Shown: one piece after another, positions 1 to 12,874 of the stretch
Position numbering within the stretch: position 1 is the first letter of the stretch
Layout of the letters: each line of letters opens with the position of its first letter
Assembly: GCA_051362555.1 (NCBI GenBank)
Contig: CM120648.1
Location: forward strand, 1,961,721 to 2,025,720
DNA: 64,000 nucleotides
Origin: Lingula anatina
Lineage: Eukaryota > Animalia > Brachiopoda
Direction: 5' to 3'
The notes under the pieces: generated by a model
The model's input: only the letters and a program-made list of their open reading frames with translations
The model's database searches: none
Told to the model about the DNA's origin: nothing
Program-made: the position numbers and the translations under genes

Positions 1-5
1 CTTAC

Positions 6-365
6 TTTCCAGCCATTGCCAGCTTCTCTGTAGTAAGGAAAATTATCACAAATCCACTGATAGATCTCACTGAGAGTCATTTTCTTCTTGTTCGAGCTGT
101 TGATTGCAAAAGTAATTAAGTTGGCATAACTATAGGGGGGTTTCCCATCTTTTACTTGCTGGGCTTCGTTCTGGTCCAACGTAGCTGACGTATCTAATGG
201 CGAATTTGGCGCTTTGCGCATCGCAGTCATTCCGCCGGGCGCCTTTGCACCCGTGTCCACCATCCCCCCTCCTCCGCGTTCGCCTGTCATTGCTCCCCGG
301 ACATTTAGCCGCGGGAGCCAGTCCATAGTCGTCAGAGAGCTGTCCAGTCGATCCAACTCCGCCAT
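6..365 (-). CDS. FOXJ3: Forkhead box J2/J3 transcription factor, first coding exon (gene continues off the left edge)
   Basis: Hand translation from ATG at 365: [20 protein letters not shown]...[49 protein letters not shown], then donor gtaag at 5..1. The N-terminal 'SSLT.MDWLP.L' motif and this forkhead N-half match FoxJ2/J3. Absent from the ORF track because there is no stop in the window. Confidence 0.93.
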
Positions 366-599
366 TTTGATTTACCCTAGGATCTATTTTTCAAATGAGC
401 AGGTGATTGAAATTACTGCGCTAATTTGAGCTCCAGCAAATTTTGTCACTGAATGTAGTCGAATCACTTCAAAATGACATTTAACATAATCTATATTACA
501 CAAAGCATTGAATGGTGCTAAAACTGTGAGTGTATCGAGCAAACTGATGAGATCAAATATTATAGTATTTTTTATATCGCAATCACACGCCTTTGCACT

Positions 600-880
600 C
601 CATCGATAGCATAGTGACCCCCAGCAGCGTTGCGTAGCAATGGCTTGTGAATTAGGTCACTCTTACACTAAAATCATCCCCTTTAGAGTAGCACCCCTTT
701 CCTCGCTCTTCAGATAGCAAATGCAATCAACAGTTATTCTGAAATAAACCCCGTTGGGCTGACTTCCAGATTTGAATCTAGTCGAGCGGAAAGAAAAGCC
801 GCATTGATGTGTTTTATATGGGTTAAACGGTATTTATTCACCGCGAGAACTACGTGCGATGACGTCAAAGCGAATGCACC
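600..880. promoter_or_regulatory. Putative FoxJ2/3 proximal promoter with X-box-like and CRE motifs
   Basis: CpG-containing stretch upstream of the ATG, with an RFX X-box-like GTTGCGTAGCAAT at 629-641 and a perfect TGACGTCA at 860-867. Motif matches only. Confidence 0.4.
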
Positions 881-1516
881 GTTTTAAGTCGTGTTTTGAT
901 GTTTGGTTAGAGACGCTAGGGTCGCTCTGTTCTTTAACCAAAAGTAAAAAAAGCTCCAGTCAAAAAATATATACCTGAAACATACTTTAGACCCATAATA
1001 CGGACTTTCATGTGTGGGAGTTTGGGCGGGAAAGGGATTATGTATTGCTTGGGGGGGGATATGAGGTGGGGAGAGAGTTGGGAGCGTTGTTGAAATTTTC
1101 GACACTTGTAAATTTCTTCGGTCTTTAAGTCACGATATCTATTCTTTTAGAAGACAGCTGCATAATTTGAACTGTGTCTACAAAGATTTTCTTTCACCTT
1201 GCTTTTACCCAATTTAATCTTTAGGCCTATATATAGCCTATTTTTATTAATTTATTTTTAATGGGATCGCCCCCCAGACTAAAGCTAGACATGTATAAAT
1301 TTACGAGTCCCAAAGGGAAGCAACTGCAGGTTCTGCATTTTATCGGATCTGAATTTATTCAGGTTGCATGATGGGCGTTTTAACACGGTCAATATCCCCA
1401 ATTTTATTAAATATTTAAAACTATAGGGCCTTTTTTAAATAATGCCTTTCACCGTACACGTATTCAGAATTAAATTCATTTTCTATTCAATACTGTTCAA
1501 TTTCTTTATTTCACGT

Positions 1517-1539
1517 TTTATTTATTTATTTTTTTAAAT

Positions 1540-1618
<79 letters not shown>

Positions 1619-1620
1619 TT
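1517..1620. repeat. (TTTA)n microsatellite
   Basis: Directly visible tandem run. Confidence 0.95.
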
Positions 1621-3285
1621 CGCAGTATATAGGCCTATGTTTTCATATGACAATTTCAAGGTTTAGGCGAACGAGGGCGCATAATATTCGAAGCGTGGTT
1701 TTGTGAAAAATACAATTTCCAAACAGTGACGTTAATGATGTCTAGTGGCACAATCGCAATGTTTTTCAGTCAAATTACTTGAAAGCACTATTGAGGACAC
1801 TTTTATGAATTTTTAAAGGAAAATAATGGTCACCTGAGTTCCAGGCGTCTCTAGAAACTCACATTCTGTCTACAATTAGAGGCATGCGTATAAAAGATGT
1901 GGGTTTTCAATGTGCTCTTTTACTCAGGGTGGCCGAGGTTGTCGCCTCTACACACTTAAGCGTATTTTACGCATTTTTCAGTGACACGTCTCATTGTTTT
2001 CACGTGCTGATTAAGTTGCTGAAAGCACGGTAAACACGATTTACGCAAATACCCAGCTTGTAGTTTTCAGTAATAAGTTTCATATCAGCTGAAGTATTTT
2101 CATAATTAATATGATGGCTTCTTTGAAATATGTTTTTAATGGTCGTAATGCGTCACAGTTTGAAAGAGAAAAGACTGTTATCAGAGTAAATGTCTTTTTG
2201 CCTGCAACTTTAACGTTTGACGGATTTATTCTTGAAGAATATTACCGCTATGATTTCATTTTCTTAATCTCACAAAATGTACCCAGACAGTAGAATTGAA
2301 GTGCACGTGGATATCTGTCTTTCTGTTGGCATTTTTGCCCTTTCATCCATCCATAATTCCTTCCCTCCCTCCCTCCCTATTTTCTTTCTTCCTTTTCTTC
2401 CTTTCTTTCATTCATTCATTCATTTCTTCTTTCCTCATCCATCCATCCATCCGACCGTCTATCATTTAATTAATTTACCCATTCATACGATTTATCTATT
2501 TCGAATGCGCAGTCCGGGAGCACTTTTCCTCAAGTGGCACGTGTATATCAGATGTCCCCAAAATACGAGGAGCATTATATCCAATAATCCAGTTATCTTA
2601 TAATACAGTAATCTATTGTCGTCTAGGAAGTAAGGTACCTAGACTAGACATTGTACTTGTGTCGCCACACATAAGCCTATACCTGTAACATCAAAACAAT
2701 GCGTGATTTTAGGGAGCGGGTTACACGTTGGAAATATTTACAAACTGTCGATCAAAATACTGTTAGCTTTCCACTGAGGAGTGGACTCGTTATCTAGCCA
2801 GTGGCAATGTTATTCGATCCATCGTGATAGAAACTGTAATATATGTCAGATGACGTCATATGTTAAGTGAAAGTCATTCAAATCGATCCATTTTAGCCAA
2901 GTGTAAACACGTCCTTCGCTAGAACTGGGACGCGTGCCCTGTCACAACGCGATAAAAAAGCGACAACTGTCAAAGGGTCAAAACAAAAAAGTTACGAAGA
3001 GGCGACCAAATTTAAAGCTGTTGGATACCGAGGAACACGTTATAAAACTAATAGAACCCATGAGCGAACTTGGAGGAAAAGGGATTAAAAAGACAGCAAC
3101 TACACCATTTATTGGTTTTTTTCAAGACTTGAACCGAGTTGCTAAAATACATTGTTGCTAAAATATTGACAACAGCAGGCATTTGACGAATTCAGTTCTA
3201 GTTTCTCGGAGGAGAAAATTAAACGCACGCGGACAGTGGCTCTCATTGATCTGCAAGGAATTTGTTTGATTGATTTACTCTCAGG

Positions 3286-3496
3286 ATGCCAGCGTGTTGT
3301 GGGTGCATCCCGAGACGTTACGTGGTGGCTGTGCTGGGGTTTCTGGGGTTGTGTATATCGTTTGGACTGCGTAGTGTGCTGGCTGTGACTGTGACGAGTA
3401 TAGTAGCAAAAAATACAACAAGACCTGAGGAAAGCGTTAAGGTGAACTATTTTCTTTCTATCTCGAATTTTCTCCGCCTGTGTGTCTTTCTGTCAA

Positions 3497-3532
<36 letters not shown>

Positions 3533-3576
3533 ACGTAACAACGCGAAGATAAAGAAATTATATATACATATTCGCA

Positions 3577-3666
<90 letters not shown>

Positions 3667-6391
3667 CAAAAAAATGAGTGTTCTTATGCTATTTACTAAG
3701 TGCTTTTTTCTTTCTTATCTAAAACACACAATCTTTCCCAATGAAAAGCTCGAAATACGTGCACTCTTGCAGGCAGGCAACGGCTGATGCAATGACGGAT
3801 CTAGGGTAGGGCGTAGAGGTTACGTCATCCCCCCCCCCCCCCCCCCCGCACTCATCGCGTTAGGAGGTACCCCATCGTCATTTCTCCCTCTCAAAAATAA
3901 TGCATCAAACGAGAAAAGACCAAGCTTTCTTCTATCCTTACGTTATGGGCTTACATATCACAATAAGTGTTATAGGCTATTTACCAAGTCTTATACATTA
4001 CCGTAACGAGGAAACCCAATCCCCCTCTCCCTTTTTAAGCAAAAGAACCGCCTGAGTACATAACTTAATGAAGTTATTAATTATAATTATTCGTTTATTT
4101 TCAAATCTTGTTCTCAGTGCATCTCCCACCAGCGGCTGGCTTGGACCACGGAGGATGTTGGGTGGGTATTCAGTGCATACGGCTATGGCTACATTATTAC
4201 ACAGATACCAGGGGGAATACTTGCTGCCGCATTTCCCGCTCACAGGTGACTTGATAAAGCGACATAATGCCTTTGTTTTATGAAAATCTGTGATTAAGGG
4301 CTCTTAACTCCATAACAAAATGACCGCACGGGATTGTAGTCCATACACTTGTGGTCAACGTAGCCAATTTTCGTGATAAAATCTTGTTCAGTGATGAAGT
4401 TACGCCCCATACCGATTGCTATTTCACCTAAAATAGAACTTTTATTTGCATATGCTTATACATTGCAACAAGAAATATAAACGCAGATACTTTTTATATT
4501 CTTTTAAATCAGCACAAAGATAGATGCAATATTGAATAATTAGATGCAGGAAAACTCATTTTCGGTACCTAGATGTTAATAAAGGCTTACAATACCCTTA
4601 ATTTTGAATACCAGCACTTTCAAAAGGAACCAACGTATGCGGTGCACGTGCTAATGAAACGCCTCTCTCTTCAGAGTAATTGCCGATGCCAATTTGGCAA
4701 CGTTTGTGCAAGATTTCTAAAAGTGTCAGTTAAAATTCCATCAATTCCAAGTATCGGAATTATAACTTTACTGAACATTTGCTTACCGATATGTTATTAG
4801 CAAGTTTTACAGATTGACACCAACGTGTGTGATACATGTGCTAATGAAACACCTCTCTCTTCAGAGTATTTGCCGGTGCCCACTTGGTAACATTTGCACT
4901 GTTTGCCCTTATACCGACTCTTATGCCTTTGCATTTTGGTTACGTGGTAGCCATACGAGTGTTACAGGGCTTAGCTGAGGTAAGTGACGTCAGATGTGAC
5001 ACGTCATTTGGGTGAAGTGTATGTGACGTAACACACAGAAATTTTGTGGCGTTACGTTCAGTTCGATAGTTGCAAAGCTACTAGTAATAATTGAAAAGAT
5101 GCGTTTTGTGACGTGTAACTCAGTGATTTCTTGAGGGGACAATACTAATATTTAAATGATCTGACATATTGTGAAGAACAGAGTTGATAACTTAAAAATA
5201 ATGTTGCAGTCTATGATAAACGCAACACTCACATTCATACCATAGAAAAACTGTATTTCCAGGGGGTAATTGTTCCATCCATGCAAGGAATATGGAGCGT
5301 CTGGGCCCCAGAGAACGAGAAAAACCGACTGGCTTTATTTTCATTATCAGGTAACCAAACCCCTGAATTCAAGCATCAACCGAACCATAAAACACCCAAG
5401 ACAGTTATAATAAGCAGCGTACCTGCCCATTGTCTAATCATTCGCTTCCATCTCGAACAATGGGAGAGAAAAAATTTAATATCTTCCTCTTCACACTCAA
5501 GAATATCATCCTAAACATGTATAACAAAATTCCGGGCTCCTCAGTCAATAACATCGTGGATTTGGCATGAATGGACATTTCATTTAGTTCTTTATGTATT
5601 GTTCAGACGAAGACTAATGTTGTGCTTTTTTTATCACCATTTTTCCATTGTTTGTTCACAAAGGTTATCTCGTAATACAGTGTCAGCCTATCCATTTCAA
5701 CGCAAAGATAGCAAACTGTTGAATGACTAATTAAATATTCCATATTTTACGACACTGCTCATAATGAATGATTTGTTTCCACATGATAAGCATTCTAATA
5801 CAGATCACAATCTATTGTTATTTGAATATACTTTGGACCCATTATATATTAGTATAGGTGTATGATGGGCCCTAGCAAACACCTTACGGTATAACATAAT
5901 TAAGATATCGAGGTACTGTTTATTCCAAGTTCCGTGTCACTTATCAAGGCATATGGGACTGAGTCAATAAGTGTGCCCAATTAAATAAAATTATCGAAAA
6001 TATAATCGGAAAGAGTGGCTCTATCTGCATAATTTCTGATAACCTTTCGACATTTATGGTGCCCCCGACACAAGGAGGGGGGGGGGGTGCTCTTAGTCAC
6101 GAATTAAATTCAAACCGGTTTGGGTATGTGGTGCGTCACCAAGGTTAAGGAATGGGAGAATTAAAAATACTGTCCGTTCAAGAAATGAATTACCTGGACC
6201 GGTTCTGATGTAAATCGCTTCACAAGACACAAATTAGATAAGCCTTTCAGTGAAATATATTTTCCACCTTTCAATCAATCAATAAATTAATTACTTAAAC
6301 TTTTTGGCAGGGGGTAGGGTAGGGTGAGGCGAATGATTGCCGGGGATCATTTATGAATCACAATGTGACTGACTCACTCTCTTTCTCTCTT

Positions 6392-6426
<35 letters not shown>

Positions 6427-9303
6427 ATGTGTGTAAAGAAAGTGTCTACTCGTATATTTTCAGGTGCTTACTGCGGGCCGGCAGTGGCAATGCTGTTGAC
6501 GGGCATAGTAAATTGTCACGTTGGATGGGAGTATATATTTTACATGTACAGTGAGTAGACAAACAGAGATTATGTGTAGCAGAGAAACTTGCCGTAAAAC
6601 CGATGGAAGCTCCTCTCCTGTGCTTTTGTATTAAATAAAAAAATATAAATAAATAAGTAGATAAATGAATAAATATGTGTAAGCATCGATAAGTATGCCA
6701 ATGGATATCAAATATCAAATGTCATAATATTTGTTAATGGACGTGATAGGACGTACACATTAAGAAACAGGTGCTTAAATATACATAGATTAAGTGAAAG
6801 ATAATTAAGATAATTTTTCTTTACAATAGGTGGCGCTGGAGGTCTTTGGGTTATTGTGTGGTTCGTATTTGTGTTTGAGTCTCCGCACAAGTCTCCAGAT
6901 AGACTTGGCGAAAAAGAAAGAATGTTGTTCGAAAAGGAAAACGTCGGAGCAACGTCGGGGAGTTCAAAGGACAAAGTAAAATTCCATCTCAAACTTAGAA
7001 TCTGTTAAAAGATGAAACATAAAATCATTTAGCTATTTATTATTTTTGTATTGATTTTCATATTTCTATAACATCCAACAACCACTTCAGATTTATCATT
7101 ATGAAATGTCCTTTTGCGAGAGAAAGTAAAGATTTTTGTTGAGTAATCGACTCCGACTGCTGCAGAATTTTCACTAGAATAGAATAGCAGTGACTTAAAT
7201 GCTGTACTGTATTGTGTTGTATTGTATTGTATTTTATTGCATTGCATTACGTTACATTACATTATAATAATAGTTATCACAAGGCATTTTAATAACGTCG
7301 TATATAGGTGAAAAGTATACCTTGGAAGGACATATTGACGTCGCCTGCGGTGTGGGCGGTGTTCGTTGCCGGGACAACGAGAAGTTGGGTCCTGTTACTT
7401 GTCACAAATTACCTGCCCGAGTATTTAGACAATACGTTTGGAAGGAGTATAGACTTGGTAAGTGCAATGACAAAATAAGAATAAATAAATAAATGAATAA
7501 ATAAATATTTGGAGAAACGAAAAATCGACGGAAGACCATATAATTTGTTATATATAGGTCTGACGCGCATTGCATGTCTTTAAAAATCGAGTTAAATCGA
7601 GGGAAAATTATTTTATTTGCAGATCGGCCTGTATTCCGCCCTTCCGTTCTTCGTGACCACTGTAACCGTCTCCGTAGGGGGACTTCTTGTAGACACAATA
7701 CTGAAGAAGAAACTGATACCCAGGACACTGGCCAGGAAACTGTTTAATTGCTGCGGTGTGTATGGCGCTGTCTGTAACTGTATATTTATCTTCATGGCAT
7801 GGCATGGCATGATGAAATAGTTGATATAACCGTGGATGAATCAGAGGCAATATATGAAGTGTTATCAAGTGCCATTAAATATAAGCATTGCGTTATATCA
7901 TGTCAGTTTTTTAGCTATCGTCCGTGACACACTTTAGTGTATTTACTTTGGCAGTGAAATGGTGTGAAGGCTGTGTAATTTAACTGATAACGTAGACATA
8001 CATAAAAAGATGCATGTATTTACTTTCATTTTTCCTTCCTTTCTTTTTGCATTTAAAGCACCGTCCTTATATACAAAGTCGTCTACAGTTTAGTTTCAAT
8101 TTACTTGAAAAAAGTAATCTTTCCTTTAGATATTCTCACTTCTTCAACGAGCCCTCATGTCAATGTTGATCTTGATTATTCCAGGGTTTACCGCAGAGGC
8201 CAGTATTCTCATAGCCATGGGTTTTGTAAAAAGTGAAGTGCTGGCCGTCATATTGTTTTGCTTATCTTGCGGTTTCAGCGGAATAGCTGCATCAGGTATG
8301 GTGCCGACACCTATAGTCAAACGAACAAACGTAATAGACTTTCTTGACCATCATATTTGTTATGCATACATGTATATGTTTGGGGTGAGGGGGTGGGTTT
8401 ACGCGCCCCTCCCCCCACCTTTTGAAAAATAAAACATGGCGTATCCATGGCGTATCCTGACGTAAAGTAATCATAATCATGGTATACTTTTTTTATCAAA
8501 CTATCCCACCCTGCAGACTTTTTACGTTATTCAAAAATTATTCTCGCAAAAAATGGCGTTGCATGATTTCATATATTTTTATACCCTGTAGGGTACCAAG
8601 CGAACCCCCTTGATCTGGCTAGGGACTACGCCAGTATATTGATGGGGATATCCAAGATGGGGGGTGTGGGAGGCATGGTGATGCCCACAGCGGTGGCCAG
8701 GTTGACCAAGTCACGGGTAACGTGTCTGGAACACAACACTTCGAATGATATAAACCCACCTACACAAACAAACATACCATACCATTGATAATTACAATCA
8801 TCATACGTATATGTGGTTAATATTGATTTAAATTTTAACCATGGATTGCGTTTTAAGACTTTTTTAAGTGGGTTTTCTATGGTATCTTAAATTATTTCTC
8901 TCACTAACACTAACGGCCTTCAGAACAATGGACTAACTAGTCCGAGGGTCAAATATTGCCGACCCACTTGAATACTTCCCCGCGGGGAATCTATTCAGTA
9001 TCTGTTAGCGGATTAGACGACAAGCTTTTTAGTGGGTCGCCATATTTGACCCACGGACTAGTTAGTCCACTGTTCTGAATGCGGCCATATATATATCTCC
9101 AGGCGCCTGACGATTGGGCTCACGTGTTCTGGGTGACAGCGACACTGGAGCTGGCGGGAGTGGTCATCTACGCCATGTATGCTTCAGGAAAGCAACAAAA
9201 GTGGTCCAAACTTGGCGTCAAAGAGAAAGAAATGGAAAATCGAAATCCGGAAGTGACGTCAGACAGCAGCCCACAAGTCCCCGATCCGAAGGCATCGACT
9301 TAA
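3286..9303 (+). CDS. SLC17-family MFS anion transporter (sialin / vesicular glutamate transporter-like), 11 coding exons
   Basis: Approximate exons 3286-3441, 4118-4245, 4865-4979, 5263-5350, 6464-6551, 6830-6975, 7308-7457, 7623-7755, 8185-8295, 8592-8716, 9103-9303, all GT/AG flanked. SLC17 motifs: PRRYVVAVLGFLG, YGYIITQIPGG, RVLQGLAEGV, WSVWAPENEK, GWEYIFY, IPWRHILTSPAVWA, YSALPF, ARKLFN, NPLDLA, YASGKQQKW. Confidence 0.92.
3498..3665. repeat. Compound (CA)n/(CT)n/(GA)n microsatellite in SLC17 intron 1
   Basis: Directly visible dinucleotide runs. Confidence 0.95.
4295..4610 (+). repeat. Dispersed ~310-bp repeat, copy 1 (probable non-autonomous transposon fragment)
   Basis: Shares 'caaaatgaccgcacgggattgtag', 'gccaattttcgt.ataaaatcttgttcag', 'tatgcttatacattgcaac' and 'aaactcattttcggta' colinearly with 24808-25110. 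Confidence 0.75.
8915..9086. mobile_element. Palindromic MITE in the last SLC17 intron (possibly PIF/Harbinger-derived)
   Basis: ~55-bp imperfect inverted arms: ttcagaacaatggactaactagtccgagggtcaaatattgccgacccact / agtgggtcgccatatttgacccacggactagttagtccactgttctgaa, with GGCC at both ends. The superfamily is an inference. Confidence 0.75.
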
Positions 9304-9744
9304 GAAGTGTCTGAAGGACCTTGTGATTACAGTGATCAAGACAGCTTTTTTATACAGAAGGTAATTTGCGCGCACCCACGAGAGCCACTGTTCGTTTTCG
9401 CGTCCTCCGGGGCCAGCGCGTTCATGTGGTGAACTGACATGTCGTTTGAAAGGCACGAAGTGAAGAACATGGTCAGGATATCCCCATGTACAGTATGCTA
9501 AAGCGAGCAGTAAAAAAATGTCTTATAACTTTCATTGTCAGTTTATTTCACTATTCTATTTTACAACGCCTAAGAACTGATGAGAAATCGATGTGCTTTG
9601 CTTTAACATTTAACAAATGTCATCATCAAGTAGTTCAATGTAGTAACAGCAGATGTAGGCTTTCATCTCTTCAGGGTAGCAGTTTGAGTGAACTTTCCTT
9701 CACGATTTCACTATCCGTATGGCGTCGAGCTAGGGAAATGGAAA

Positions 9745-9747
<3 letters not shown>

Positions 9748-9798
<51 letters not shown>
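9748..9798. repeat. (AAT)n microsatellite
   Basis: Directly visible run; similar (ATT)n runs at ~15154-15198, ~54783-54811 and ~62780-62820. Confidence 0.95.
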
Positions 9799-9799
<1 letters not shown>

Positions 9800-12700
9800 G
9801 CATATAGATATGACAGATGAAAAAAAGAATACAAGAAAAGTATATACTAATGTTATATTAGATTAATAACACTGAGGTATTAGAAAAACAAATGATTGGA
9901 TAAATGAATGAAATGTTGAATTAAGAAGATTAAGGGCCCAAAGGTATGATAAACATAAAGGTTTATAAGCCTACTTAACATCCATTGTGTTTGAAGTTAG
10001 AAAGCGTCCCCAACATCGGCAGGGTCGGAGCAGCAACCCAGGAAGGCCGACTTGCAGGGTTCAGAGAGAGTAGCGGCCCTGTCCGCGCAGCTCTTGTTGG
10101 AGGCGCGTGTTCCCATTTTACAGCACGCGACTCTGACGTCAACGAGCATAGGGCCATCCTGGAGGCTGGGGCCACCGCTTCTCACTAGAAATCAAAGAGA
10201 ACATTCATATGGAACTTGCCAGATCAGAAAGGGCACCATTTTTTCCCATTTGACCACTATGGATGCATTTCCGTTGGTAAAAATGATATATCATGGAAAC
10301 GTGAATGTAGTGTTCTATTTTACCTCCAATTAAGCAGACGACTCTGTTAACTTAAGGATGAGTAAAGATAACTTTTAAGTCGACTGTCTTGAAGAAATAG
10401 GAACAGAAGATAACAAAATGAGATTAAGGTGATAGTCTGTTTCTATGTTTTTTTCTCTGGCTATTCCATTTTGTGCAAACAGTGTATTTGATGTATAATT
10501 CCACACATAATTATTGACAAAAAAAAAAAAAAAAAAAAAAAAATCAATTGTCCAACAGAGAAGTCCCATAGCCAGCCAGGAACAGCAAACATCTCTAGTT
10601 TTGTCACAACAAAAACTTCCATTTTTTTTCAAAATGAGAAAGTAATCTTGACAAAAAGAAAACAATCGTGAGAATTCGTTTTCCATGCCCATTATTTTCT
10701 CATTTATTACATGCGTTATACTTTTTCTTTGGACTTTCAGTATATCTTTGTTTTTTAATGTATTTCGCGCCAGCGTCATTCTTTTGCTAGCGTCTGTCAT
10801 TTGATCAAATTATGCCTATCTTTATAGCAAATTATCTTTTTTTTTTATTTTCCTTTCATTTCATCTTTAAAACTGTGATTTGAAATAAAACATAACTGAT
10901 AATGCATTGGTCTATAGACCTCGAACTTTTACTTGCAGTTGACACAAACATAGTAAAATAAACCATGCTAAAGCATTTTCAACAGAGAGTGTTAATTCCC
11001 CTTTGATGAAACTGATACAAGTAGAAGGCTATTTAAGTTTTTTATTAAAATATTTCATCAAATGAGCACAGAATTAATGGGAATAATGTACATTCCCTTC
11101 GACCAAAAAATGCTGGAACACGTAGTTGTTGAGTGAAGTAACTGTACGAACATGTGAGATGAAAACAGAAAAAGTAATCCAAAACACGATCTCAAAAGTT
11201 AAATAAGCGATAAAAAACTTGTCAAAAACTTACGAGCGAAAGCGCTAGCAACAGTCAAGCAGAGACAAAATATCAACGCAACCTTCATGGCGTCTGGCAG
11301 TGAATTCCTCTGTGGAGAAACTTTGACAATTTGTTTCCTGCGTGGAAAGAATCAAAATCAGAGGTTTTCTGCGTCAGCAATTTATATACCTTCAATCTGA
11401 CAAGGCCGTGTCCATTTTCACCGCAAAAACACCAAAATCAACCAAGGCTGACAAAAATAAGTGAGATAAGCTATAACCGTGCTCGGTCTGTTTTAACCAA
11501 AACCGTTTCAACTCAGGAAGTAGTTGATGTGAACTCATTGTTCGCTTTGTAGATAAAAAATAAAATAATAAGAAGAAAACATCTTGCTCGCCGCTGCTGC
11601 TCCAGGAATTATAAAGGCAAAGACATGACAGAGCATAAAATAAAATTTAAAGTTTACTCCCGGAAGTTCGGGCTAAAACGGTTTTTGTCACAACCGTCTT
11701 GAGCGCGGCCTCGGTCACTGTGACACAACACGGAAGTTGTGCCATATCGCCCAGTGTCCATCAACCACTTTAATTGCTGGAAAATAATATCTTTCTTTGA
11801 AATCAGTAATGATGGAGTGCAGCGGGTACGGATATATCTCTCTTTGGAATCACTCGCACTGTCCCAAATAATAGTACAAACAAACATGCGATGAAAAGAA
11901 TTAGGCTTAAGGGTAGTAACAAAGTTGGACCTTTACTAATATTCCATTGGTAATAGTAACAAACTAAAAGCTGAGCAAGGTAACACCTGGAAGGACTATC
12001 GAGCGAACGATTGGTCACGCTGAGAACGGAAATGCAACCTATAACTACTTTATGATCAATTTAACAGTGATTAACTAGTTTCAACAACAATCCATTTCAT
12101 CTGTTTTCATAGCCTTGTGAGGTTGTGCATTTTTGTCACTTTGACATTACAATGCCATCTAAATGGCCCTGCTTATACGTTCACTGTTAGACGAACGCTT
12201 CAGAATCGGCGTTCTGGACCAGTTGTGAATAGTTCTATTGTTTATAAAAGCATCCCTTTTTATTCGTAAAATCTGTCTTTTTACAAGTGCAGAGAGAGAG
12301 AGAGAGAGAGAGAGAGCGCAAAAGATTGAGACTAAGATATATATGTGTAAACACAGTTACGGGTCTTTTGTGGTTTTTCCACTTGGACTATTGTCTACAA
12401 GAAAGCCACAGATGTCTCTCTGATAATTCTGTGCACATCTCTGAACTGTGCGAGAAATTTTGCAAATAAAAGAGTGATGTAATAAAATAAAATATTAAAA
12501 AAAAAAAATGAAATAAAATTTAAATGACAGAGGGTAAACAGTGCTTTAAGATATCAGACAGATAGAAAGCAGGCGTAGAGAAAATAGTACTTTGATAAGG
12601 AAAATGGAGAAAAATGTGCCATGCAAAAGATTGCAAAATGATAAGAGACAAGGAGTATGTTTTTTTTAATGAAACTGGAACTGTTCATTACCGGTAAGAT

Positions 12701-12842
12701 AAGGTAAATGATATATTTCCACAGCGAAGACGGGTATTTAGTGCAGTCTAGTAATACAGATAAAAATCATCCCTTCCTTCATAAAGCAACCTATGCATTT
12801 ATACTTTCATTCTTTTATCATTACATTACATACAACGATTTC

Positions 12843-12874
<32 letters not shown>

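Noticed and set aside
214-429. + strand 71-aa ORF
   Set aside because: Antisense shadow of the FoxJ2/3 exon.
3480-3677. ORFs with THTH/RERE tracts (also 12238-12469 and 18092-18292)
   Set aside because: Translations of dinucleotide microsatellites.
10375-10800. 141-aa - strand ORF
   Set aside because: AT-rich, crosses a poly-A run giving poly-Phe, and has no motif or splice context.
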